This document shows positions 40,696-49,327 of a stretch of 64,000 nucleotides of DNA, in pieces (positions within the stretch are counted from its first letter, which is position 1; each line of letters starts with the position of its first letter). The notes under the pieces were generated by a model. The model saw only the letters and a program-made list of their open reading frames with translations. It searched no databases and was not told the origin of the DNA. Both the position numbers and the translations under genes were made by a program. Origin of the DNA: Bacteroidia bacterium (GTDB lineage Bacteria; Bacteroidota; Bacteroidia; B-17B0; Aurantibacillaceae); the NCBI GenBank assembly GCA_044221905.1, contig JBGAOE010000004.1:249675-313674 (forward strand), given 5' to 3'.

Positions 40696-40706
40696 ACAAA
40701 TGAAAT

Positions 40707-40736
40707 AAAAAAAACCGTTCCGGAAAGGAACGGTTT
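40707..40736 (-). terminator. Intrinsic terminator after rpsP
   Basis: aaaccgttcc ggaaa ggaacggttt, giving a T8 tail on the minus strand. Confidence 0.75.
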
Positions 40737-40759
40737 ATAAAAATTGAAATGATCCGGTT

Positions 40760-41284
40760 TTAGCCTTGTGTTTCTTCTGCAGCCGGTGCATCGGTGGCAG
40801 GCGCTTCGGTTTCAGCAGCCGGTGCCGGAGTGTTTTTAGCGGCCACTTTAGCGGCTTTTGCTTCCTTGGCAGCGGTTTCGGCTTTTAAGCGATCGGCGGT
40901 TTGTTTGGTAGACTCCGAGCTTAAGCGCTCTTTTTTACCCACAATTTTGCCTTCTTTCTCCTGAAGCCATTTGTTGAATTTTTGTTCTACCTGCGCGTCG
41001 GTTAAAGCGCCTTTTTTAACGCCTTCCAACAGGTGTTTTTTCATTAACACACCTTTGTACGATAAGATCGCACGGCAGGTGTCGGTAGGCTGAGCGCCTT
41101 TCATCAACCAGCTCAGGGTTGAATCGAAGTTAATATCGATTGTTGCAGGATTTGAATTAGGATTGTAAGTTCCTAATTTTTCAATGAATTTTCCATCGCG
41201 TGGTGCACGACCATCCGCAACTACCACGTGGTAAAAAGCTGAGTCTTTTTTACCATGCCTTTGTAGTCTAATCTTTACTGCCAT
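40760..41284 (-). CDS. rpsP: 30S ribosomal protein S16 with the Bacteroidota C-terminal extension
   Basis: [13 protein letters not shown]...[20 protein letters not shown]; Ala/Glu-rich tail. Confidence 0.97.
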   Translation of the reverse strand: MAVKIRLQRHGKKDSAFYHVVVADGRAPRDGKFIEKLGTYNPNSNPATIDINFDSTLSWLMKGAQPTDTCRAILSYKGVLMKKHLLEGVKKGALTDAQVEQKFNKWLQEKEGKIVGKKERLSSESTKQTADRLKAETAAKEAKAAKVAAKNTPAPAAETEAPATDAPAAEETQG

Positions 41285-41411
41285 TGTTTTTTAGTTTTTG
41301 ATTTTAAGGGTGCAAATATCGTAAATTAATCGGTTTAAGCAAAATTAATGGTAACAAAACGCTGTTTTCTGCAATAAAAACCTATTTTTGTGTGAACTAA
41401 ACCTGATTTGT

Positions 41412-42242
41412 ATGCAAATTAAAGAAAGAGGCGTCATCCTGATCCCCATTGACTTTACAAAACAATCGCTCCTGGCCATCAAACAATCATACAATTTAGC
41501 TAAATATACCCACTCACGGCTCATTTTACTGCATACTTTTGATAAAAACAGCGACGAGGACAGCAACGAAGCCCTGGCCAAGCTGGCCAAGCAAACCGAG
41601 CAGGAAAGCGGTGTGCCCACCGAGTACATGAATGTGAAAGGCGATATTTATGTGCAAACCCACAAAATTGCCGAAGAAATAAACGCCACCCTCATCATTG
41701 TTGGCCTCGAAAGCCAGATGAAATTCCGTAACATTATTGGCTCCAGTGCCAGCAAGCTGGTGCGCAAGGCCCCTTGCCCTGTAATTACCATTCGCGGCAT
41801 GGAGCACCGCGATGGCTGCGAAAATATACTGCTGCCGCTCGACCTTTCGAGCGAAACCCGCGAAAAGGTAGACTCTGCCATTCAGTTTGCCCACTATTTT
41901 GGTGCCAGTATCCGTATTTTAGGCGTATTTAACCCCAACGACGGTGCTTACGAAAATAAACTGCTGGCTTATACCCACCAGGTAAAACAGTTTATTAAAA
42001 GCAAAGGCATTTCCTGCACCAACAAATCCATTCCTACCGTAGATGTGGCTGAAACCATTGTACAATACGCCGAAAAAATAGAGGCCGACCTGATCATGAT
42101 CATGAACAAACCAGATCTGAACATTGGCGAGTTTTTTGGAGGCACCGTGGTGCAACGTATTGTAGATGTTAGCAACGTGCCGGTAATGACCATACAGCCG
42201 ATGAAACGCGAAAGCCTGACGCATTTCGGCACAGGCTTTTAG
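41412..42242 (+). CDS. Two-domain universal stress protein (UspA family); likely start ATG 41412
   Basis: ILIPIDF...LILLH and ILLPLDL...IRIL domains, GSSASKLVRKAPCPVITI. Confidence 0.88.
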   Translation: MQIKERGVILIPIDFTKQSLLAIKQSYNLAKYTHSRLILLHTFDKNSDEDSNEALAKLAKQTEQESGVPTEYMNVKGDIYVQTHKIAEEINATLIIVGLESQMKFRNIIGSSASKLVRKAPCPVITIRGMEHRDGCENILLPLDLSSETREKVDSAIQFAHYFGASIRILGVFNPNDGAYENKLLAYTHQVKQFIKSKGISCTNKSIPTVDVAETIVQYAEKIEADLIMIMNKPDLNIGEFFGGTVVQRIVDVSNVPVMTIQPMKRESLTHFGTGF

Positions 42243-42286
42243 CCTGAGTGGTTTTCAAAGCAATAAATTAATCCGTAAAATTTGGC

Positions 42287-43189
42287 TTAACCCTGAATTT
42301 TCAGGTACTTGGTGGTATTGGCCGGATCCACGATCATGAGCGTTTCCTGCACTTTTGTTTTTTCGTCGGGCTGCGCGCCTTTAAAGATGTTGATCACCTC
42401 GTCGGCCTTGGCATTAAAAAACAGCTGCATGGGGTAAGAGGCCGGGTTCAGCTTGGCTACGGGCACCAGCAGATCGAGGGCTTTCTGCACATTGGCACGG
42501 CCCTCATCCACCTTTTCGTACATCATATCCAGCCCATTGCGGCAATAGGCGTACATACAGTCTCGAATGCCCTTGTAGCGCGGCTGCAACGTGTTTTCAA
42601 CCAGCCAGTAGCGGTTTTTTTGACCCTGCTGATTACTTTGCCAGCCCGTTTCGGAGGCGCTCTGCGCATTGTTCACAATGATCTGGGCCTTTTGCCAGTA
42701 TTCGGTACCGCCCAGCGGCGCAAAAGAGTCGGCATCCACTGCCAAAATCACATAAGCATAATAGGCCAGCACCGAAGTGAGGTTGTTATCAAATTTATTC
42801 AGGTTAAATTCGAGCTGCGAAAACTGCTGGAATTTGAACTGGAAATACTCGTCCTGCACGTTCAGAATCTTGGTTTTGTAAGAGCTTTTATATACGGGGC
42901 GCTGCGCCTGCACCTGTATGCTGCCCGAATATTCATCGGTTCCCAGCTGCTGGTTAATGGTGATAAAAATAGAACACTCGATGCGCTCCTGCGTGGTGTA
43001 AATATTATTGGTCCATTTATTGGTATTATTCATAAACTCAAAAATGGATTTTTCGAGCTGGTCAAAAATCTGCTTGTTGGTGGAACCCTGTATTTGCGAG
43101 TAATTGATGTTTACCTGGCAATTGAGCTCCTGCGCCCAAACCCGGCATTGCAACAGTAAAAGGCTTATAATAACGAATGCGTGTTTCAT
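42287..43189 (-). CDS. porD: DUF4835-family protein (annotated PorD in T9SS-bearing genomes)
   Basis: Signal peptide plus QELNCQVNIN, FMNNTNKWT, YYAYVILAVDADSF. Located downstream of coaBC, as is typical for this family. Confidence 0.8.
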   Translation of the reverse strand: MKHAFVIISLLLLQCRVWAQELNCQVNINYSQIQGSTNKQIFDQLEKSIFEFMNNTNKWTNNIYTTQERIECSIFITINQQLGTDEYSGSIQVQAQRPVYKSSYKTKILNVQDEYFQFKFQQFSQLEFNLNKFDNNLTSVLAYYAYVILAVDADSFAPLGGTEYWQKAQIIVNNAQSASETGWQSNQQGQKNRYWLVENTLQPRYKGIRDCMYAYCRNGLDMMYEKVDEGRANVQKALDLLVPVAKLNPASYPMQLFFNAKADEVINIFKGAQPDEKTKVQETLMIVDPANTTKYLKIQG

Positions 43190-44382
43190 GTGTTCAGCAA
43201 GGTACTAATATAATCGGCAATATCTTTGGCCACCAGGGCCTTTGGTTTTAACTCAAATTGAGTGCTTTTATTGTGTTTATCCAGTATGGTTATGCGGTTG
43301 GTATCCACCCCAAAGCCGCTGCCCGGCTCTGCTGCAGAGTTGGCCACAATCATATCCAGGTTTTTGTTTTTAAGCTTTTGCTGCGCATAGTCGAGCAACT
43401 GGTCTGTTTCGAGCGCAAAGCCTACCAGCAGCTGGGTTGATTTTAAACGGCCCAGCTCGCTTAAAATATCTTTTGTTTTAGCAAGCTCCAGGTTAAGGCT
43501 GCTTTCCTTCTTTTTTATTTTGCTGCTGCTTACGCTGGCCGGCTTATAATCAGCTACGGCAGCGCTGCACACCACTATATCCTTATCCTGGTAGCGGGCG
43601 GTCATGGCGTCAAACATCTGGTCGCTCGATTCCACGCGGATCACCTCGGCCAGGCCATGCTCAACAGGTTCGTGGCTGGGGCCCAGCACCAGCGTTACCT
43701 CCGCCCCGCAGGCCGCCAGCTCCTGCGCAATGGCAATGCCCATTTTGCCGCTGCTGCGGTTGCCTATAAAACGCACCGGGTCAATGGCCTCGTAGGTGGG
43801 CCCTGCGTTTACCAAGGCACGCTTACCCGCAAGAGGCAGGTTTTCAGAAAAAAAATGTTTGAGGTAATCTATAATATGCTCTGGCTCGGCCATGCGCCCT
43901 TCGCCACTCAACCCGCTAGCCAGCTCACCCGTTTCGGCAGGTATTACCAGGTTGCCCGCTGCCTGCAGCGTTTGCAGGTTGCGCTTTACGGTTGGATGCT
44001 GATACATATCAAGGTCCATGGCCGGTGCCACAATGGTTTTAGAGCGGGCCGAGAGGTACGTTGCCAGCAACAGGTTGTCGCATTGCCCATGCGCCATTTT
44101 TGCAAGGGTATTGGCCGTAAGGGGAGCTACCAGCAGCACATCGGCCCACTGGGCCAGGTGCACGTGGTTATTCCAGTTGTACCCGGCATCAAAAAAATCG
44201 GTGAGCACCTCATTTTTACTAAGTACCGACAGGGTTTGTGGGGTAATGAAATCGGCTCCGGCCCTGGTTAAAATCACTTTTACCTGGGCTCCCTCCTTTA
44301 CCAGCAATCTTACCAGCCCGGCACATTTATAAGCGGCTATACCGCCCGTAACTCCCAAAATTATGTGTTTGCCTGTAAGCAT
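43186..44382 (-). CDS. coaBC: Bifunctional phosphopantothenoylcysteine decarboxylase / phosphopantothenate-cysteine ligase
   Basis: LGVTGGIAAY, APAMDLDM, GPTYEAIDPVRFIGNRSSGKMG, AAVADY, VGFALET. Confidence 0.97.
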   Translation of the reverse strand: MLTGKHIILGVTGGIAAYKCAGLVRLLVKEGAQVKVILTRAGADFITPQTLSVLSKNEVLTDFFDAGYNWNNHVHLAQWADVLLVAPLTANTLAKMAHGQCDNLLLATYLSARSKTIVAPAMDLDMYQHPTVKRNLQTLQAAGNLVIPAETGELASGLSGEGRMAEPEHIIDYLKHFFSENLPLAGKRALVNAGPTYEAIDPVRFIGNRSSGKMGIAIAQELAACGAEVTLVLGPSHEPVEHGLAEVIRVESSDQMFDAMTARYQDKDIVVCSAAVADYKPASVSSSKIKKKESSLNLELAKTKDILSELGRLKSTQLLVGFALETDQLLDYAQQKLKNKNLDMIVANSAAEPGSGFGVDTNRITILDKHNKSTQFELKPKALVAKDIADYISTLLNT

Positions 44383-44444
44383 TGCTTTAAAATAAAAAGG
44401 CAGTAGAGCTTTTGCTTACTGCCTTATCACATCGTTTGTTTTAC

Positions 44445-44771
44445 TTATTCAGCCGATTTGTTCGGGTTACGGTAATATACTTTTTCTTCCAAAAACTCCT
44501 GGATAGAGATCAGCGTAGGTTTTGGCAGCTTTTCGTAATGCTTTGAGATCTCGATCTGCTCCCTGTTCTCAAACACTTCCTCCAGGTTATCGGTATGGCT
44601 GCTGAATTCCTGCAGCTTGCCTGATAATTCCTCTTTTATTTCGGAACTGATCTGGTTGGCGCGTTTGCTCATGATCGAAACCGCCTCATAAATATTGCCG
44701 GTTGGCCCATCAAATTTACGGATATCACGTGTTACGATACTTTGCTCAGCGTTTGTTTTTTTAAAATCCAT
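44445..44771 (-). CDS. rpoZ: RNA polymerase omega subunit (Bacteroidota type)
   Basis: NIYEAVSIMSKRANQI...YEKLPKPTL, located between bamD and coaBC. Confidence 0.85.
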   Translation of the reverse strand: MDFKKTNAEQSIVTRDIRKFDGPTGNIYEAVSIMSKRANQISSEIKEELSGKLQEFSSHTDNLEEVFENREQIEISKHYEKLPKPTLISIQEFLEEKVYYRNPNKSAE

Positions 44772-45576
44772 GTTTGTTCAAATTTTCTTTTAGGCGTTTA
44801 CAACTGGTATATATATTTTCTGCGCGGCTAAGATACGAACTATTAGGGTATAAATCCAATAATTTCACATAATTTTCGATGGCCCCGTCCAAACGCTCCT
44901 CTTTTTTGGAGCTGATGCTGTTAAGCGCCAGCACATAATAAGAATCTATCATCAGGTAATACATTTCCTCGTTATACCGGCTCGAGGGGTATTCCTTAAT
45001 AAAAATTTTGGTGGCCACAATGGATGCCTTCCAGTCGCTGATTTTATAATATTGCTTGATGATCTCGTAATCTTTCTTCTCCAGCTTATCGCGCAGCTTG
45101 TCTATCATGGTGTTGCAGCTGTCAATGCGGTTGCTTTCAGGGTATTGGTCAACAAAGCCCTGAAACTCCTTAATGGCGTTTTTGGTGCTGGTTTGGTCGA
45201 GCTTATAATTGGCCGAAGTGAGAAAAAAGCAGTACGCATTCATAAAGTAACACTCTTCGGCATGCTTGCTGGCCGGGAACTGCCGTGTATAGTTTTTAAA
45301 ATGGTACTGGCTCAATATAAAGTCGCCCAGGTTGTATTCGCTCCAGGTATAATAGTAATACACCTCTTCGGCCTTATCGGTGCCTTTTACAACGGGAATG
45401 AGCTCTTCGTACAGCTGCGAGGATTTGGAGTAGTCGCCCTTATCGTAATAATGCTTGGCTTTGGTAAGCTTAAAATCGTAATCCGTGCTTTTGAGAATCC
45501 GGTTAAAATGATCGCAGGAACCAAATACAAGTACGAGCAGCAGAAGGGATATTGATCTAATTTTCAAGGCGAGCAA
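44761..45576 (-). CDS. bamD: Outer membrane protein assembly factor BamD (lipoprotein)
   Basis: Lipobox VFGSC, TPR helices, LDQTSTKNAIKEFQGFVDQYPES. The start may be the in-frame TTG three codons downstream. Confidence 0.9.
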   Translation of the reverse strand: MLALKIRSISLLLLVLVFGSCDHFNRILKSTDYDFKLTKAKHYYDKGDYSKSSQLYEELIPVVKGTDKAEEVYYYYTWSEYNLGDFILSQYHFKNYTRQFPASKHAEECYFMNAYCFFLTSANYKLDQTSTKNAIKEFQGFVDQYPESNRIDSCNTMIDKLRDKLEKKDYEIIKQYYKISDWKASIVATKIFIKEYPSSRYNEEMYYLMIDSYYVLALNSISSKKEERLDGAIENYVKLLDLYPNSSYLSRAENIYTSCKRLKENLNKHGF

Positions 45577-45594
45577 AAATACTCTTTTTAAAAT

Positions 45595-45620
45595 AAAAAA
45601 GGCCCCTTTTCAGGGGCCTT
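45595..45620 (-). terminator. Intrinsic terminator (family shared with 47716 and 49274)
   Basis: aaaaaaggccccttttcaggggcctt. Confidence 0.75.
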
Positions 45621-45642
45621 CTTCATTAAAAAATGCTATGCA

Positions 45643-47565
45643 TTAGTTCTGATTAACAATTTTTACAGTTTTAGAGCTGTTGTTGCCATCTACGATCTTA
45701 ACCAGGTAAGTGCCTTTTGGCTGCCCTGCCAGGTCAATGGTAGCGCTTTCTTCGTTTGTGCGCAATGTGCTCACCATTTGTCCAAGAACGTTGTAAACAG
45801 TGATGGTGTTTTCACCGTCAAGGCCCATAACAGTAGATTTGCCGCTTACAGTAGGATTAGGGAACATACGGATCTCAGAGCCGTTTGTGCCATTTACCAG
45901 TAATCCGGTGCAAAGGCTTACGGTTTGAGTAATGCTGGCCACAGCTGTTTTACAGCCGCTGGCTGTGTTGGTGCCAACTACGGTGTAAGTGGTGGTAACG
46001 GTTGGAGAAACCAGGGCGCTGGCCGTGTTAACACCACCTGCAGCAGTGCTCCAGGTATAAGTGTTGGCGCCCCCCGAAGCGGTAAGTGTTACCTGCTCAC
46101 CTTTGCAAATAACCGATTTTGAGGTTACGGCAGAAAGCATGGTTTCTGTAAAGCTGTAAACCGGCTCAATGCCAAAGTAACCCAAATCAGCATTCAGGGC
46201 ATTTAAAGCCCCTGCAGCCAAAGGCGACGTGTAATAAAGGCCAGAAGGCAGGTAGTTGGCAACCTGCGACCCCATCGGGAAATATCCGGTGGTAGAAGCT
46301 GGCTGAGCCAGACCCGCATAGTAAAGGTTACCGGCAATAAGCGATTGCGGAGTTGTTAAGGTCAGGTTTTGGAAATTGCCAAACATGCCTGAAGCAATGG
46401 TGATGGTATTGGTAGCAGCCAGAATGGTACCGGTGTTATCCATTAACACGCCATACACCTGCTGGTTTACAGCAGCGGCATCGTTTGAAATGGCAATGCG
46501 GATACCAGACACGGTAGCATTTGGTGCCGCAGGGAACTCCCAGCTAATAATACCTGAACCGGTGTTGAAACCTACACCCGCTGTATAAGAGCCAGATGCA
46601 GGGTTTTTACCGGCAACGTCGCAGGTAACACTTTGTGTCCAGGTAGACAGGTTGTTGTTGTTGTTTTGGTCGCTGCCCACAGTTACCGAAACGTTGTTGG
46701 CACCCTGTGTTTGCGGGTTGTAAGAGATAAAAGTTACGGTTGTTACAGCGCCCGGAGCCAGGGTGGCAATGGTTTGCACATCGGTAAGCGCGTTTGCACC
46801 GGTTACGTTTAAGTTAACGTTGATGTTGTTAATAGCCACGTTACTGGCATTTTTCACGTCGGCTGTAATGTTATGCGACTGGTTAAGCAGCTTGGCCACT
46901 TTGCCGGGAGCGTTAACACCTACGATCTGAACATCGTTGGTAACGGTATTGGCGCCGCTAAAGATAAAGCAAGGCCTAAAGGCTGTAGTGGTTAAGGTGG
47001 TAGGCGCAGGCATTACTGTAGCGTCGGCTGTAGCACCGCCCGGCGATAAAGAGTTGTTGGCAGCGTAAATTGCTCCACCCGCATCAAACGGACCAGCGGC
47101 GGTCCAGTCATAAGCTACATACAAACCGGCACCGGTGTAGGTGAACGGTGATGAAAGCGTCATGTTAATGGTGGTTGGAGTATTGCCAACCGGAACAGTG
47201 AATGTACCGGTAAAGGCAGTGGCCATAGGAGCTATTGCTGTTGTCCAGTTGGTACCTTTTTGGTAAGTGGTATTGGCAGTATTTTCGAGATACAGTGTAA
47301 AATTACCTGTAACCGGCACTGCAACCGTTCCTTCTGTTAAAGAGAAGCTGAAAGAGGAGATTTGGTTAACAGTGAGGCCTGTTAATTCAGATGGCATTAC
47401 AAGGAAGCAACCCCTCATCGCTGCGTGGCCCGAAGTGCCGTTTGGAGCCCTTACCTGGGTGGTGGCACCATTGTCTGGAGGCGCTGCCAGCGAAATGTTC
47501 ACCTGGCTATACCCGTATCCAACGGAAAGAACAGCCGCAAATAAGCTTAAAGTAATTTTTTTCAT
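45643..47565 (-). CDS. T9SS type-A sorted protein, 640 aa, paralogue of 28296-30872
   Basis: Signal peptide, shared N-domain (APxxNxAT...PNGTSxHA...CFLV), CARDB-like domain, stalk, CTD MFPNPTV...VKIVNQN. Confidence 0.88.
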   Translation of the reverse strand: MKKITLSLFAAVLSVGYGYSQVNISLAAPPDNGATTQVRAPNGTSGHAAMRGCFLVMPSELTGLTVNQISSFSFSLTEGTVAVPVTGNFTLYLENTANTTYQKGTNWTTAIAPMATAFTGTFTVPVGNTPTTINMTLSSPFTYTGAGLYVAYDWTAAGPFDAGGAIYAANNSLSPGGATADATVMPAPTTLTTTAFRPCFIFSGANTVTNDVQIVGVNAPGKVAKLLNQSHNITADVKNASNVAINNINVNLNVTGANALTDVQTIATLAPGAVTTVTFISYNPQTQGANNVSVTVGSDQNNNNNLSTWTQSVTCDVAGKNPASGSYTAGVGFNTGSGIISWEFPAAPNATVSGIRIAISNDAAAVNQQVYGVLMDNTGTILAATNTITIASGMFGNFQNLTLTTPQSLIAGNLYYAGLAQPASTTGYFPMGSQVANYLPSGLYYTSPLAAGALNALNADLGYFGIEPVYSFTETMLSAVTSKSVICKGEQVTLTASGGANTYTWSTAAGGVNTASALVSPTVTTTYTVVGTNTASGCKTAVASITQTVSLCTGLLVNGTNGSEIRMFPNPTVSGKSTVMGLDGENTITVYNVLGQMVSTLRTNEESATIDLAGQPKGTYLVKIVDGNNSSKTVKIVNQN

Positions 47566-47715
47566 TTTTTCCGGATTAATAGTTTATAATGAACCAAATT
47601 TAAGAAAAAAAACATTGACGTAACGCTCCGTTAAAATTTAATTCCTAAATGGTGCGCCTAAAATAAGGGATCGGGAGAGAATGCTTTTAAGCGGTAATCC
47701 ACATTTATCAAAACT

Positions 47716-47742
47716 AAAAAAGTCCCCTTTGTGGGGACTTTT
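47716..47742 (-). terminator. Intrinsic terminator
   Basis: aaaaaagtcccctttgtggggactttt. Confidence 0.8.
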
Positions 47743-47767
47743 AAAATTATTGAAGTAAACGCAAGTT

Positions 47768-49132
47768 TTATTCCCGCATGATTTTAATCATCCTGGCGTG
47801 ATTTGCTGTATCGCTGATGCGCAGAATATAAGTGCCGCGCGGCTGCTTTAACAGATCTACCACATACGTTTCCTTATCGGTAATTTGGGTAGATACCAGC
47901 TGACCCATCAGATCGTACACCAAAATACTGCTCTTTCCTTTTAAGCCTGAGATGATGGTTTTATCTGCCGTTGGATTTGGGTAAATTTTTACGGCATTTA
48001 GCCATCCCATTTCGCGAATGCCGGTTCCATCGGTGTCACCGCCGCAATATACTGCATAAGAGGTAAAGGTTAAAGCTGTAGAATATGAGGCGCTGAGGGA
48101 TGTTGTGGCCATGCACCGGTATTTGGCAACCATTGAGCCCGTGTATTGCTGGTTGCATTTAAATACAAATGAAAGGTGCACGGTGTTGGAGCCAACGGCA
48201 CTGTAATATTTAGGAGATCCGCCGTCGCCCAGGTTCCAGGTAAAGGTTGAATCGGTTGTAAAAGGGCCGGGAAAAGAACCGGAATTTAATGGCCTCCATT
48301 TCCTGTAAAATTCATTAAAGTTAAATTGATGGCTTTGTACGCCGCAAACAGATGTGTTTGTATTGGTAAACACTTCCCAGCAGCAGGCACCGGCCTGTGT
48401 TTGTGATTCAATCTGGCTGGCTTCCATGTCAAACTGAACAATAGGCGCTACGCAAAACTCATAATCGGTGCCCTGACCAAAGGCCGGGTGGTTATAGTTG
48501 GTGGTGCTGTTAAATACGCCGTTAAAGCGTATCACGCCCAGGCCTTCGCCAAATTTATTGGCCGGGGCGGGTGCATTGGTGGCTGAAGAGGTATAACCAG
48601 CTGTTCTGAATATTTTTATGGTGTCGCCGTCCTGGCCCGATACGTTGCGCACAAGCACCGCAAAATCGCCGGTAACAACGCGGTTCGCTGTAAATGTTCC
48701 TCTTACCAGCTGGCCGAATTGAGCCTGGTTATTGGACAGGGTATTTACATTTACAGAGTCGATGGGAGGAAACACCGGTACGCCACCTGAAACGTTGCAC
48801 AAATACAGGCGGGTAGCCACGCCAAACTGTGAAAAAGTAAGCGGGGTTCTTTGCACGCGGGCTTCAAGCCCTTTTACTGTAACAGAGCAGGTGTTTTTAA
48901 AAATAGAGCCCACGTGGGTAATTTGGGTATTGGTAACCACTGCGGCAGTCAGTTTAAGCGACGGATGCACAGAGTTGGTTGGCAAAATGTACAGCTGTTT
49001 GTTACTAAAATACCTCAATGTATCGTTGATGGTAACAAAAGTTGCAGTTTGGGCTGTTTTTGAAGTTTGGGCTTTTGCAGCCATACTCACAACTAAAACA
49101 GCCGAAAATACCAGGAATAATTTTTTCATCAT
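47768..49132 (-). CDS. T9SS type-A sorted protein, 454 aa, paralogue of 49328-50776
   Basis: Signal peptide, DTLRYFSNKQ, FGEGLG, QFNFNEF motifs, CTD IYPNPTA...IKIMRE. Confidence 0.88.
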   Translation of the reverse strand: MMKKLFLVFSAVLVVSMAAKAQTSKTAQTATFVTINDTLRYFSNKQLYILPTNSVHPSLKLTAAVVTNTQITHVGSIFKNTCSVTVKGLEARVQRTPLTFSQFGVATRLYLCNVSGGVPVFPPIDSVNVNTLSNNQAQFGQLVRGTFTANRVVTGDFAVLVRNVSGQDGDTIKIFRTAGYTSSATNAPAPANKFGEGLGVIRFNGVFNSTTNYNHPAFGQGTDYEFCVAPIVQFDMEASQIESQTQAGACCWEVFTNTNTSVCGVQSHQFNFNEFYRKWRPLNSGSFPGPFTTDSTFTWNLGDGGSPKYYSAVGSNTVHLSFVFKCNQQYTGSMVAKYRCMATTSLSASYSTALTFTSYAVYCGGDTDGTGIREMGWLNAVKIYPNPTADKTIISGLKGKSSILVYDLMGQLVSTQITDKETYVVDLLKQPRGTYILRISDTANHARMIKIMRE

Positions 49133-49273
49133 GGGGGTGGTTTAGAATTTGGTTAGTTATTACTCAAAATTATTAAAAAAATCCATACGATTTACAAGGC
49201 AGGGCTTATTTTTGAACGGGCTGTTGTTAGCACCGCTTCAAAAAACAGTCGCGCATGTATCGCAGGCATCAAT

Positions 49274-49300
49274 AAAAAAGCCCCTTTGCAGGGGCCTTTT
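49274..49300 (-). terminator. Intrinsic terminator
   Basis: aaaaaagcccctttgcaggggcctttt. Confidence 0.8.
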
Positions 49301-49327
49301 AAAATTATAATCGGTAGAGAAGAGAAA

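Noticed and set aside
49226-49233. GTTAGCAC, the same word as the cassette B crossover site, inside a small intergenic hairpin
   Set aside because: A single 8-mer with no matching YAAC partner and no enclosed ORF; expected by chance in 64 kb.
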